Source of the DNA: a virus
Strand: one strand, 5' to 3'
Virus record (IMG/VR): IMGVR_UViG_3300037311_000299
Location: 1 to 64,000 of that record
DNA: 64,000 nt
Shown: in pieces, positions 33,897 through 42,334 of the stretch
Position numbering within the stretch: position 1 is the stretch's first letter
How the letters are laid out: every line of letters starts with the position of its first letter
The notes under the pieces: generated by a model
Database searches by the model: none
The model's input: only the letters and a program-made list of their open reading frames with translations
Told to the model about the DNA's origin: nothing
Translations under genes and position numbers: made by a program

Positions 33897-34195
33897 ACCG
33901 CCGTGAAGCGAAACGCCGCATTTTCGCGGCGATGGCCACCACCCTGTCACACGATTTCTGCGCGGCCGAATGGGTGTGGCAAGACGTTGATGGAAAAGAC
34001 CTGTCCGAAGCCGACCTGCGGCGCATGGATGAGGCGATAGAGGAAATCGTAGAAGAGTTTGAACGCCGGGCCGGGCCTCACGGGATGTTCGCAAAGGACG
34101 CGGACCCCGACGGGACCCAGCTAGCGGCCTACCTTGCGGCAATGGCGCACCAGGAGCCGCCCAATCCGAGCAACCGAAGCGAGGAGGCAAAATGA
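33893..34195 (+). CDS. Hypothetical protein
   Basis: 100 aa. ATGA overlaps. Confidence 0.5.
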   Translation: MNRREAKRRIFAAMATTLSHDFCAAEWVWQDVDGKDLSEADLRRMDEAIEEIVEEFERRAGPHGMFAKDADPDGTQLAAYLAAMAHQEPPNPSNRSEEAK

Positions 34196-34740
34196 AGTGG
34201 CGCGCAGACATTCGCAAATTGACCCCACGTAACGACGACCCGCCAGCATGCGTGGCGCGCCTGGGGCTTGTGTCCAGCAAGTGCGATCGTTCTGGCGTGT
34301 GGGTGGTCTGGGAGGACGACGTCAAGGGAGCCTCTCCAGAAGAGGCAGAGGCGGCTGCGAAGAAAGCGCTGTGCGGTGCGGCTCTTAGGCTGGCGGGCGA
34401 GCTGCGAGACTTGGCGGGGTCGCTAGTAGAGAAGAATAAATCCCGCTGGAAACAGCCCAGCGAACGCTGGGACCAAGCCAGGGAATTGGAAGGCGACCAT
34501 GACGAAACGGGGGAGGCTGCACGGGATTGGGCCCATACTGAGTTCGGCGAAGATCCGCCCTGGAATGAGGCTGATGTAGATATCGAAATCACGCGACCGG
34601 ACGGGACTCGCGAGGTGAGACGGGTGACCGTCTACGTCGATCGCGAGGTGTCGTACACGGCGTTTGTCCACGAAGCCGAAGAATTTGAGGAAGAAGACGC
34701 CGGGGAGGGCGAGGGCGACGAGGGTGAGGCCACGCCATGA
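34192..34740 (+). CDS. Hypothetical acidic protein
   Basis: 182 aa. ATGA overlaps. Acidic C-terminus. Confidence 0.55.
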   Translation: MKWRADIRKLTPRNDDPPACVARLGLVSSKCDRSGVWVVWEDDVKGASPEEAEAAAKKALCGAALRLAGELRDLAGSLVEKNKSRWKQPSERWDQARELEGDHDETGEAARDWAHTEFGEDPPWNEADVDIEITRPDGTREVRRVTVYVDREVSYTAFVHEAEEFEEEDAGEGEGDEGEATP

Positions 34741-35003
34741 CAATCCGCGAGCTTCGCTATGCGCTCCCGCGCTACACGTGGACCGCCGGACGTCACGGGC
34801 TCCGGTGGCGGTATCTCGGGCTGCGAGACACAGAGCGCGTCGAGGTCTACGCCGTGGGGCGCCTCTGCGGCCCGGCGGACGACGACGTGGCGACCCATTG
34901 GCTCATCGACGACGGGGTTTCGTCGACCGATTTCTCGTCGTGGCTGATGCAGCATTTCCGCTCGGGGAATTCCGGGCGAAGCACTGCGGAGGGGATCGCA
35001 TGA
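34737..35003 (+). CDS. Hypothetical protein
   Basis: 88 aa. ATGA overlaps. Confidence 0.5.
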   Translation: MTIRELRYALPRYTWTAGRHGLRWRYLGLRDTERVEVYAVGRLCGPADDDVATHWLIDDGVSSTDFSSWLMQHFRSGNSGRSTAEGIA

Positions 35004-35566
35004 AAATCCAAGAAATGCATGGCGAGGTCATCGATCTCGACCCGCAGGGGGAGCCCCACTACTACATCCGCGGTCACGTGTCGGCCGAGGCGGCCGCCGA
35101 AGCCATCGCAGACTGGTGGGAGGAGCAGTGCGAGGCCCCCTTTCCGGGAATCGGCCCAATTGCGCACGGGTGGGCACGGTGGCGCCCCGCGCAGGAGGGG
35201 GATATCGGCATCGAGGACCACCACACCCACGTATGGCAGACCCGCGGCACGCCGGCGCCCGGATGGGCACGCGTGACGGAAGTGTGGGACCTGGGGGAGT
35301 GGCGCCGACGCGAGGAGGAGCGAGCCGTCGAGTACGCGGCGAGACAGATGGTTCGGCGGAAATGGCCGAGGGCCCAGATTGTGTGGGTCTCCGGGCGTAC
35401 GTGGGCACGTCGTGAGGACGCGCGGGTGGACTTCCGACTCGGAGGCCTCGACGTCAAGTGGTGGCCTTGGAGGCGTGGCAAAAACATGTCGATTCAGCCA
35501 GCGCCAGGCGACCAGTGGGTGTCGGAAGTCGCGCTGCTCACGCGGTGGGCGGAGGTGAGCGCATGA
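35000..35566 (+). CDS. Hypothetical Trp-rich protein
   Basis: 188 aa. ATGA overlaps. Confidence 0.55.
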   Translation: MKIQEMHGEVIDLDPQGEPHYYIRGHVSAEAAAEAIADWWEEQCEAPFPGIGPIAHGWARWRPAQEGDIGIEDHHTHVWQTRGTPAPGWARVTEVWDLGEWRRREEERAVEYAARQMVRRKWPRAQIVWVSGRTWARREDARVDFRLGGLDVKWWPWRRGKNMSIQPAPGDQWVSEVALLTRWAEVSA

Positions 35567-35745
35567 GCGATCTCCCCTACTACAGCTCCGGCACCGTGGA
35601 GCACATGGCGTGCCCCGCCTGCGGGCAGCCTCGCGGGACGCTGCGACGTGGGATCGCGGTGGGCGACCGCTGCAAGCTGACCAGCCCTCAAGTGGAGCGC
35701 CCGCGGGGATTTGCACCCCGCAGGCGCTCCTCAACAGCTGACTAG
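35563..35745 (+). CDS. Small zinc-ribbon protein
   Basis: 60 aa with CPACG. Last gene of the coupled train. Confidence 0.4.
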   Translation: MSDLPYYSSGTVEHMACPACGQPRGTLRRGIAVGDRCKLTSPQVERPRGFAPRRRSSTAD

Positions 35746-35881
35746 AAAAATTACAATATATCGATCCAGGTGATGCGAACGAGTCGCTAGAGGAGCAACA
35801 AAAGCACCCCGGCGGCAAGTGCGACATCGAATCGGATGTATATTTTCAAGCATATAAAAGAGGATAAGCTCTTCCTCTTCT

Positions 35882-35915
35882 TTGACATGCTTTTTAATTT
35901 TCCTTTATACCGACC
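35882..35915 (+). promoter_or_regulatory. Candidate sigma70-type promoter in the AT-rich gap (TTGACA-N18-TATACC)
   Basis: Hexamers read directly from the sequence. Weak -10. Confidence 0.3.
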
Positions 35916-36023
35916 GTTTCAGCCGAAGCTGCCCCGGTGTCGGCGGTGCTGTTGTCCGCGAACTCGCGGCATTCGAAGGGAACCATACTGTTCCGACCAA
36001 TATCAATCCAAACTTGGTGAGCC

Positions 36024-36037
36024 GGAAGATATCTTCC
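36024..36037. repeat. Perfect 14-bp palindrome GGAAGATATCTTCC
   Basis: Read directly, inside the 430-bp non-coding gap. Confidence 0.7.
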
Positions 36038-36178
36038 TGTATACCTGTTATTCGCCGCGAACTGGAGCGCCACTACCCGCGCGCGTCTGGCTCGGGTTGC
36101 GTTGGCAGTTCCTCCCGATCGATTGACTCCCCAGCAGCCAGCGAGCAAGCTCCCCTGGCGTGGCCTCGTGAGGTAACA

Positions 36179-36583
36179 ATGGGACCGCGAAGCCGCGCAG
36201 GCGTCCCGGCCGGGCTGTCCATCGGCCGGGGCGCGCTCTCGATTCCGGTCCCCTTCGGGGCGCTCCCCTCCCCCTCCCGCACGCTCACCGCCGCCGTCGC
36301 GCTCGCCTGCGAAGCTGCCCTCGTCCGCACCCGCCCTGCTCTCTCCTCCGGCGCAGAGGCCCGCGCTCGAGTCACCTGCCACCGCGTGAGCTACTCCGCC
36401 GTCGTTTCGTGGGTTTCAGAACGCGGGAGCGGGCTCTCCGCGGAGGCCTCCGACCGTGACCCGCTCGTGGCGGCGAGTACGGCGCTGCGTCTGTTGCAGA
36501 GCGGCCTGGAGGCGGAGCGACGGCGGGCGTGGGTTGCGGTGCGAGAGTGGCGCGATGCGTTCGAGCAGATTGTGGGAAAGTGA
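36179..36583 (+). CDS. Hypothetical protein
   Basis: 134 aa. ATG preceded by GAGG. The upstream part of ORF 35882..36583 lies in AT-rich non-coding DNA. Confidence 0.45.
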   Translation: MGPRSRAGVPAGLSIGRGALSIPVPFGALPSPSRTLTAAVALACEAALVRTRPALSSGAEARARVTCHRVSYSAVVSWVSERGSGLSAEASDRDPLVAASTALRLLQSGLEAERRRAWVAVREWRDAFEQIVGK

Positions 36584-36602
36584 CGCGCGGGTGATCTTTT
36601 TC

Positions 36603-36643
36603 TTAGTGGTCCGCTTGACGGACCACTAAAGACCGCCTAGTGT
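36603..36643 (+). promoter_or_regulatory. Promoter/operator cassette: 11-bp inverted repeat around CTTGA (-35 TTGACG), 17-nt spacer, -10 TAGTGT
   Basis: TTAGTGGTCCG-CTTGA-CGGACCACTAA at 36603-36629. TAGTGT at 36638-36643. Near-identical cassette at 39453-39487. Confidence 0.55.
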
Positions 36644-36718
36644 GGGTTCATGAACGGCGCCGGAGGGCGGCGACCGGTCAGCCCGGCAGCAATGCCGGCC
36701 ATAGCAATGGAGACAGAA

Positions 36719-37396
36719 ATGACCTCAATTCTCACGGGCATCCCCGGCGTATCCCCCACCAACAGCGCGGTCCGGTCGTTTTCCTATCAGCTCGGCGGCT
36801 ACGACCGGTGCGACTGGTACGCGCGCCGTGCCGGCGGCATGGGTAGCTGGGCGACTTTCGCCCAGTTCCGCTCCCGCACTGAAGGGGCGAGCTCGCGATC
36901 CCCCGTCGATGTGCGGGTCCGTGGCGGCAAGGAGTGGAACGCAGTCGGCCTGCGGCGGCTGCCGAGCGTCCACGACACCAGCGAGGCCCTGCTCCGCGAG
37001 GCGGGGTGGGCCTTCGAGGAGGAGCTTGGCGGTTCGCTGCGTTGCCCGGATGATCGGGCAGGACACGAGTCCGACGCCCCAGTGTTGTACCACCAGGTCT
37101 CCGCCGAGCGCGCCATCGTCGCGCTCAAGCGAAGCCTGGAGCTGGACTCTGCCGCGAGCGACTCGCGGCAGTTCTCGGCGAATTGCCTCGACGACGCTGA
37201 CCGTGCGGCGTACGACGAGCGGGCGGCCAAGCAGGCGGCCATGGCGCGGGGGCTCGCCGCCGAAGCTCGGCGGGAGACGAAAAGCGCACGCGGCGCGGGC
37301 CTCAGTGACCACGACGAGGCGATCCTCCAGCTCGCGTGGTCGCTCTTCGGCGCCAAAGACGAGGCGGGGCTGAGCAGTCTCGCCGCTCAGTACTAG
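36719..37396 (+). CDS. Hypothetical protein
   Basis: 225 aa. ATGACC start preceded by GGAGA. This SD/start context is conserved with gene 39566. ORF track start 36650 rejected. Confidence 0.5.
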   Translation: MTSILTGIPGVSPTNSAVRSFSYQLGGYDRCDWYARRAGGMGSWATFAQFRSRTEGASSRSPVDVRVRGGKEWNAVGLRRLPSVHDTSEALLREAGWAFEEELGGSLRCPDDRAGHESDAPVLYHQVSAERAIVALKRSLELDSAASDSRQFSANCLDDADRAAYDERAAKQAAMARGLAAEARRETKSARGAGLSDHDEAILQLAWSLFGAKDEAGLSSLAAQY

Positions 37397-37491
37397 CTAC
37401 GGCTCCGCCCGGCTCCGCGGTGGAGTCGGGCGGAGTGGATGTAGAGATACTCCCCGAGCGGGGCGGGCAATTGTCACATGGTGGGCCTCGG

Positions 37492-38088
37492 ATGACTAAG
37501 GTGATGCCATACCGAGAGCCGGCGATTGCCGTACTGCGCCGAGACCGCGTCCCCAGCGCCATTACCGGTTGGGCCTGCGACCAGGCTGACAGGTCGCCCG
37601 ATGCGCTCATCGGGGCATGTCCTTCTGGCGCCTGGCTCCTCCGGATGGCTGCTGCGGTCGGATACTCGCGCGAAGAGCTCGCTGTCGCGATTCGCCCTGT
37701 ATGGCTCCGCGCGGTCCGCGAGCATGGAGCCGCCAAGCTCCACGCGGTGGGTCGCAGTGCGGACGCGGTCCGGCTACGGGCCCTGCCTGATGACGTGACC
37801 GTTCGCGACGCGCATGGGGTCGTGAGGGAGATGCACGACCACCTAGCGCCAATGGCAACCGACGAGCCGCTCTTCTATGCAGATTTGATTCTCCGCGATG
37901 CCATGAATGCGGAGTCGCCTGTGTGCCTGCCTTGGCAAGAGGCGTCCGCCGCATGCGGAGTGCTCGATATGACAGAGGAGAGCGCACCGGACCGATACGC
38001 AGAGGCCGCCCGTATCGCCGACGAGGTGCGTGCAGCGCTTCCCGACTTTGCCGAGCGTTGGGCGGCCGCCCTGGAGGTAACGACATGA
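37492..38088 (+). CDS. Hypothetical protein (tandem paralogue A)
   Basis: 198 aa. Shares ACPSGAWLLRMAAAVGY...IRPVWLRAVRE and the C-terminal LPDFAERWAAALE with the next gene. Confidence 0.55.
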   Translation: MTKVMPYREPAIAVLRRDRVPSAITGWACDQADRSPDALIGACPSGAWLLRMAAAVGYSREELAVAIRPVWLRAVREHGAAKLHAVGRSADAVRLRALPDDVTVRDAHGVVREMHDHLAPMATDEPLFYADLILRDAMNAESPVCLPWQEASAACGVLDMTEESAPDRYAEAARIADEVRAALPDFAERWAAALEVTT

Positions 38089-38696
38089 CCCCGCTCGAAT
38101 GGTTCGCGACCTGGCCGGACTTCATTACTGTCCGCTACTGGGTCGCGGCGCAGTCCGACCAGTCCCCGGCGTCGCTCGTGGCGACGTGCCCGCGCGGAGA
38201 GTGGCTACTGAGGCTAGCCATATCGCTCGGGTATCCCGCAGACGTGCTGTTGGCCGCGGTTCGCCCTGTCTGGCTACGCGCGGTGCGCGACTACGCGCCG
38301 CGGTGTCTCGATGACGGTGCGGCAGAAGAAGATCGCACCCCCGAGGAGGCGGCAGGTCTGCGCGCTCGCGCAGATGCGCTGCGGCAGACTGCGGATGACG
38401 CGGCCGCGGCCGCGGCGGAGGCAGCGTTCGAGGCGTCGGACAGCGCAGAGCGTGGCTGGCGAGACTTCCCATATGGGCCCGCGGATGGCCCGTCGTGGGC
38501 TGGACACGCGGCAGAGTCGTTCGTTGTTGGCAACGTCTGGGGCGTGGTCAATTATGCGAACCACTCCGCCCAGGCTACCGGGTACAGGTGCGACTCGGAC
38601 GAGTCTGCCGCATGGGCCGCGGAAAACGCCCGCTGCGCCGACGACATCCGCACCGCACTGCCGGACCTCGCCGAGCGCTGGGCGGCAGCACTGTGA
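38085..38696 (+). CDS. Hypothetical protein (tandem paralogue B)
   Basis: 203 aa. TCPRGEWLLRLAISLGY...VRPVWLRAVRD and LPDLAERWAAAL. ATGA overlap upstream. Confidence 0.55.
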   Translation: MTPLEWFATWPDFITVRYWVAAQSDQSPASLVATCPRGEWLLRLAISLGYPADVLLAAVRPVWLRAVRDYAPRCLDDGAAEEDRTPEEAAGLRARADALRQTADDAAAAAAEAAFEASDSAERGWRDFPYGPADGPSWAGHAAESFVVGNVWGVVNYANHSAQATGYRCDSDESAAWAAENARCADDIRTALPDLAERWAAAL

Positions 38697-38941
38697 GCAG
38701 CCTCGCGTGGCAGTGGTGCCATCCCAGCAGCGGACGAATGGGCGTCGCGTGGATAGGCTCGCACCGCCTTACGGTGATCGTCACCACGAAGCTCATCCAC
38801 GCTCACGTTAGCGTGGGCTTGGCGACGAGAAGCCGCGGCTGGCGGCCGAGCGAGGTCACCGAAGCAGAGGCCTGCGCCTGGCTGGAGCAAGCCGCGCTCG
38901 AGGAGCTGGCGAAGCTGGCGCTCGAAGATGAGCAGCCGTGA
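38693..38941 (+). CDS. Hypothetical protein
   Basis: 82 aa. GTGA-coupled start. Confidence 0.4.
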   Translation: MSSLAWQWCHPSSGRMGVAWIGSHRLTVIVTTKLIHAHVSVGLATRSRGWRPSEVTEAEACAWLEQAALEELAKLALEDEQP

Positions 38942-38953
38942 CGCATCCACCGC

Positions 38954-38959
38954 TTGACG
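38954..38959 (+). promoter_or_regulatory. CGCTTGACG -35-like element (weak copy)
   Basis: Shares CGCTTGACG with the cassettes at 36611 and 39455 but lacks the flanking inverted repeat. Lies 70 nt upstream of gene 39030. Confidence 0.3.
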
Positions 38960-39029
38960 CACGCTTGTCCTCCGACGACGATCCGACTTTCACCCTTCCC
39001 GGCCTAGCGTCGGGCCTCTTTGGACGGTC

Positions 39030-39371
39030 ATGAAGCTACCTGAAGCCCTGGGGCCCCGCCCTGATTCTCCCACCGAGCTCACGCCGGCCGACATCGCGCG
39101 CTGGCGCGCTTGGCACCGCTACGAAGGCCGCGCCCTGTGCAGGGCTCTTGATATGTCCCTGTCCTCGCTCTACGACTGGGAGCGCGGAGAATCGGCTGTG
39201 TCACCGCCATATCGCGGGCTCGTGTGGGAGTGCTGGGATGCTGGCCTCACTCTAATCCCAAGCCGCGCGGTGAGCCCCGAGGAGCGGGCCGCTATCGAGG
39301 CGCGGCGTGCCAGGGCCCGGGCGCGGCGGGAGGCCAAAGCCAAGGGGGAATGGCCGCGGCCGCGCGATTGA
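39030..39371 (+). CDS. HTH (XRE-like) protein
   Basis: 113 aa. GRALCRALDMSLSSLYDWERGE. Basic C-terminus. Confidence 0.5.
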   Translation: MKLPEALGPRPDSPTELTPADIARWRAWHRYEGRALCRALDMSLSSLYDWERGESAVSPPYRGLVWECWDAGLTLIPSRAVSPEERAAIEARRARARARREAKAKGEWPRPRD

Positions 39372-39452
39372 CCGAGTGAGGATGCCACCGAGCGGAGTGG
39401 CCGGAGCGCTCCGATTGAGGAAAGTGGAGGGGGATAAAAGAAAGGTGCAAGT

Positions 39453-39487
39453 GTCCGCTTGACGGACGATTGCGCATCGATTAGTGT
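39453..39487 (+). promoter_or_regulatory. Promoter/operator cassette: GTCCG-CTTGA-CGGAC, 17-nt spacer, -10 TAGTGT
   Basis: Same -35 palindrome core, same spacer length and same TAGTGT as the cassette at 36603. Confidence 0.55.
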
Positions 39488-39565
39488 CTCTCTTGTGGGG
39501 CGGCGGAATGGGACGCCGCCTTGCAATCGCCCGCCACTCTGGCGGCCAAAGCAATGGAGAACATT

Positions 39566-40213
39566 ATGACCATCGAGATCGCCTCGACCCCCGCCGGAAC
39601 CGCCCTTGTCACCTGCCCGCAAGTTTTCGGCGACTCGGTCGCCGAGTTTCGCGTCCGAGACATCCCCGGGACCAGCCGGCGGGCGCTGGAGCGCCGAACG
39701 GCGGACGGCTGGGCCTACGTGGGCCCGGCCCTGAAACCATCGGCCGAAGTCTCGGCCCGCCTGTGGTGCGCGACCGAGCGGGACCGGCTCGTCGGGCTCC
39801 CGCCGCGCTCCAAGGCGGAGCGCCTAGCGCGGAAGGCCACACTGGTGGCGAAGCGGGCGGTGCACCCGCCGTCGCCCGAGCGCCTGGCGCGGGAGGCGGA
39901 GCAGGCCGAGCGTCGCGCGGCGCAGGCTCTCGACGCCCAGCGCCGTGAAGAGGAGCGCGCCGTCCGAGTTGCCGCAGCCGAGGAGGTTGCTGCCGCCCGG
40001 GCCCAGGCCGAGGAAGCCGCGGCCGAGCGGGCGAGACTGGCGGAGGAGCCGCGGGAGACTCCCGCGGAGATGATCGCGCGGGAGATCGTGCGCCTCGAGC
40101 GGCGCGGCGTGTTCCCGTCCGAGATGGATGGGCCGTGGGCCCAGCTCCGCGAGCTCGCCGGCAGTTTTCGCGCGGCGAGGAGGCTCGTGAACGAGGCCAG
40201 GCGCGCCCAGTGA
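39566..40213 (+). CDS. Hypothetical protein with an Ala/Glu/Arg coiled coil
   Basis: 215 aa. ATGACC start preceded by GGAGA, as for gene 36719. Confidence 0.5.
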   Translation: MTIEIASTPAGTALVTCPQVFGDSVAEFRVRDIPGTSRRALERRTADGWAYVGPALKPSAEVSARLWCATERDRLVGLPPRSKAERLARKATLVAKRAVHPPSPERLAREAEQAERRAAQALDAQRREEERAVRVAAAEEVAAARAQAEEAAAERARLAEEPRETPAEMIAREIVRLERRGVFPSEMDGPWAQLRELAGSFRAARRLVNEARRAQ

Positions 40214-40252
40214 CGCGAATCGCCCGCGCCACAGCGGGCGAGAGGAGATGAC

Positions 40253-40489
40253 ATGAAAGTCGAAGCCCTCCGCGACGCTTGGCGCCGCGGCAATGAAGCC
40301 GGTCGAGGCTACTCCGTCGGGCCAGACGACGGCGATATCAACGACCTCGCATCCGAGCTCGGCGAGCTCGTCGTTCGGTCATTCCAGACCGACCAGCCCG
40401 CCGTCTACCGGCGTCCCGACGGCACCCTCGTGGGAGTCGGCGACGCCAACGGCCCGTGGGCCGTCGACCTCGGGGCCGAGCCCCGGTGA
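40253..40489 (+). CDS. Hypothetical protein
   Basis: 78-aa ORF. Confidence 0.45.
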   Translation: MKVEALRDAWRRGNEAGRGYSVGPDDGDINDLASELGELVVRSFQTDQPAVYRRPDGTLVGVGDANGPWAVDLGAEPR

Positions 40490-40827
40490 CCATCCAGCCA
40501 CCATCCCGGGCCACGGTCGGGGCGGTGGCTCTCGCAGCCACGGCGTGGGCCCGGCGCCTGCAGCCGATGCTCTGGGGCGGGCAGTCGCTCGACCTCGAGG
40601 TGACCGGCGCCGGTGTCACCTACCAAGCCGCGCTCCGCTGGACTCGGGACCGGCACGAGTCCTGGCTCTGCAGCGGCCAAGACCGCGATCCGGCGGTGGC
40701 CGTGGTCAAGGCCATCCAAGACCTCGAGATGCTGATCGAGGGCCTGGGCGGCCCGAACCGCGACCGCGCCGTGTTGGACGCGGCGCGGGACTGGAAGCGC
40801 AATATCCGCCTCCAATTGGCCGCTTGA
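40486..40827 (+). CDS. Hypothetical protein
   Basis: 113 aa. GTG at 40486 overlaps the upstream stop. Confidence 0.45.
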   Translation: MTIQPPSRATVGAVALAATAWARRLQPMLWGGQSLDLEVTGAGVTYQAALRWTRDRHESWLCSGQDRDPAVAVVKAIQDLEMLIEGLGGPNRDRAVLDAARDWKRNIRLQLAA

Positions 40828-40832
40828 CGGCC
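40818..40832 (+). promoter_or_regulatory. GGCCG-CTTGA-CGGCC palindrome (third copy of the CTTGA-centred motif)
   Basis: Overlaps the stop codon of gene 40486..40827. Followed by a ~200-nt non-coding leader before gene 41038. Confidence 0.4.
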
Positions 40833-41037
40833 GCCCGGAGGGTGTGCAACCTTCTTCCTCGGCACGGGAGTCAATCACGCGTAGTACCTCCCGTGGGAGC
40901 CGCAAGGCTATTCCCGACCGGCGCAAGCTCAGTCGGGCCCCATTGAAACGAACGCGCTTAGGCAAGTGGAGCAATCTACTTCCTGTCAAGGCCTCCGCCA
41001 CGAAAGTCGCGGGGGCTTTGTCGTCTCTGGAGGCCCC

Positions 41038-41598
41038 ATGGAACGTCCCCACCTCGCTTTGCTACTCGACGTCTGCGCGCGCTGGCTCGCCACCGGCAAG
41101 GCGGCGCGGCTCTCGACCCAAGATCAGCGACACGCCGATACGCTCGACCTCGTCCGCACGGGCCTTCTGGAGCGGCGGGATACCTACACCGTGAGGCCCA
41201 CGCAGCAGGGTCTGGCGGTGGCCGCGCACGCGCTCTCCAAGGCTGCGGAGGACTTCGGTGAGTACCCACCTGAGCCCGCAGACAGTGCCACGGGGGACGG
41301 CGCGGTGGCCCGGGGCTATCCGTTCGTGTCCTTCGACTACGGGAGCCCCCTCACGCCGCGCCGCGCGCTCGACCCCGTCGAGGGGATGCCGGACTGGTAC
41401 TGGGTGACGGGTCCGTGCTGGGTGGGGTGCGCCCCGGACAGCAAGACGGCCCCCGTTCGAGTGCCCGCCGGCAAGCGGGCGCGGATCAAGCTGCTCGACG
41501 AGCCCGCGAGTGAGACAGTCGTTAGGTGGTCGGTGGTGTTTCGGCAGGGCCCGCCGTCTCGACGACGACCCGTACCGGCGGAAGCGGCGGCCACATGA
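41038..41598 (+). CDS. Hypothetical protein
   Basis: 186 aa from MERPHLALLLDVCARW, with GGAGG upstream. The last ~25 codons are low complexity. Confidence 0.5.
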   Translation: MERPHLALLLDVCARWLATGKAARLSTQDQRHADTLDLVRTGLLERRDTYTVRPTQQGLAVAAHALSKAAEDFGEYPPEPADSATGDGAVARGYPFVSFDYGSPLTPRRALDPVEGMPDWYWVTGPCWVGCAPDSKTAPVRVPAGKRARIKLLDEPASETVVRWSVVFRQGPPSRRRPVPAEAAAT

Positions 41599-41994
41599 TG
41601 GCCAGCACGGCGTCGATGGCCGCGCGTTGCTCTTCGCTCAGAGCCCCGCGGAGCTTCGCTTCGAGCTCCTCGCACTCGGCGGGTGTGCTGGGCTGGGGAG
41701 TCATCGCGACCTCGGGGGGAATTGGGTAGCGCTCGGGCAAAGGTCCTGAGTGCTGGACCACCAGCATCGCTAGCGGAACGGCTTCAATGAGGCCTGCGAC
41801 GACGGCGAACCGTCCCTGGGTGTCGCAGGAAGGCCGTCCAGGCGGCCGACCGAGGGCGCCGAGCGCTGAGGGGAGAGTGCAGGGCGCGGGCGGGGGAGTC
41901 AAGGGCTTAGCGGTCGATCTGGGCCCAGCGGCCGCTGTTGGTGGCGAGGCGTTCTGCGTAGGCTTGTGGTGACTGGCTCGGAGGAGGCAATCAG

Positions 41995-42195
41995 ATGGCA
42001 ACAACAAGGGAACCCGGCTCAGAGAATGCGGTGGACACGGACCTATCGGCCGAGGTGAAGAACGGCAGGTTTTTGTTGGACGAGTCTGAGTTTCACGCTG
42101 AAACAAAGCGGAAGTTTGAGGAAGCCTACGCTGAAGCAATGGCTCGCGTGGCCGCAAATCAGGCCCGCTCCAACCCGAGTGACAAGTCGCCATAG
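41995..42195 (+). CDS. Small hypothetical protein
   Basis: 66 aa. Strong SD GGAGGAGG 7 nt upstream. Lower-GC region. Confidence 0.4.
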   Translation: MATTREPGSENAVDTDLSAEVKNGRFLLDESEFHAETKRKFEEAYAEAMARVAANQARSNPSDKSP

Positions 42196-42334
42196 GCCGG
42201 GACTCGTTTCGCTCCGTCCGCGCCGCCCAAGAGCTATCACGCCACGCTCGCAAGACCCAAGTGACTCCGTAGCGCCAACCCGCGACCTTTGCACCTTGGG
42301 GCGTTGGTCTTGACGTCACCTCTGGTCTGCGAGC

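Noticed and set aside
35836-36382. ORFs in the AT-rich gap (35836..36126 plus strand, 35894..36382 minus strand, and the upstream part of 35882..36583)
   Set aside because: There are no SD sequences. The composition changes abruptly within each ORF and the translations are implausible. The region is treated as non-coding regulatory DNA.
36650-36718. Upstream ATG starts given by the ORF track for genes 36650..37396 and 39521..40213
   Set aside because: These ATGs lie inside the GC hairpins of the leaders and lack an SD. Both genes share a conserved GGAGA-N6-ATGACC start context further downstream, at 36719 and 39566.
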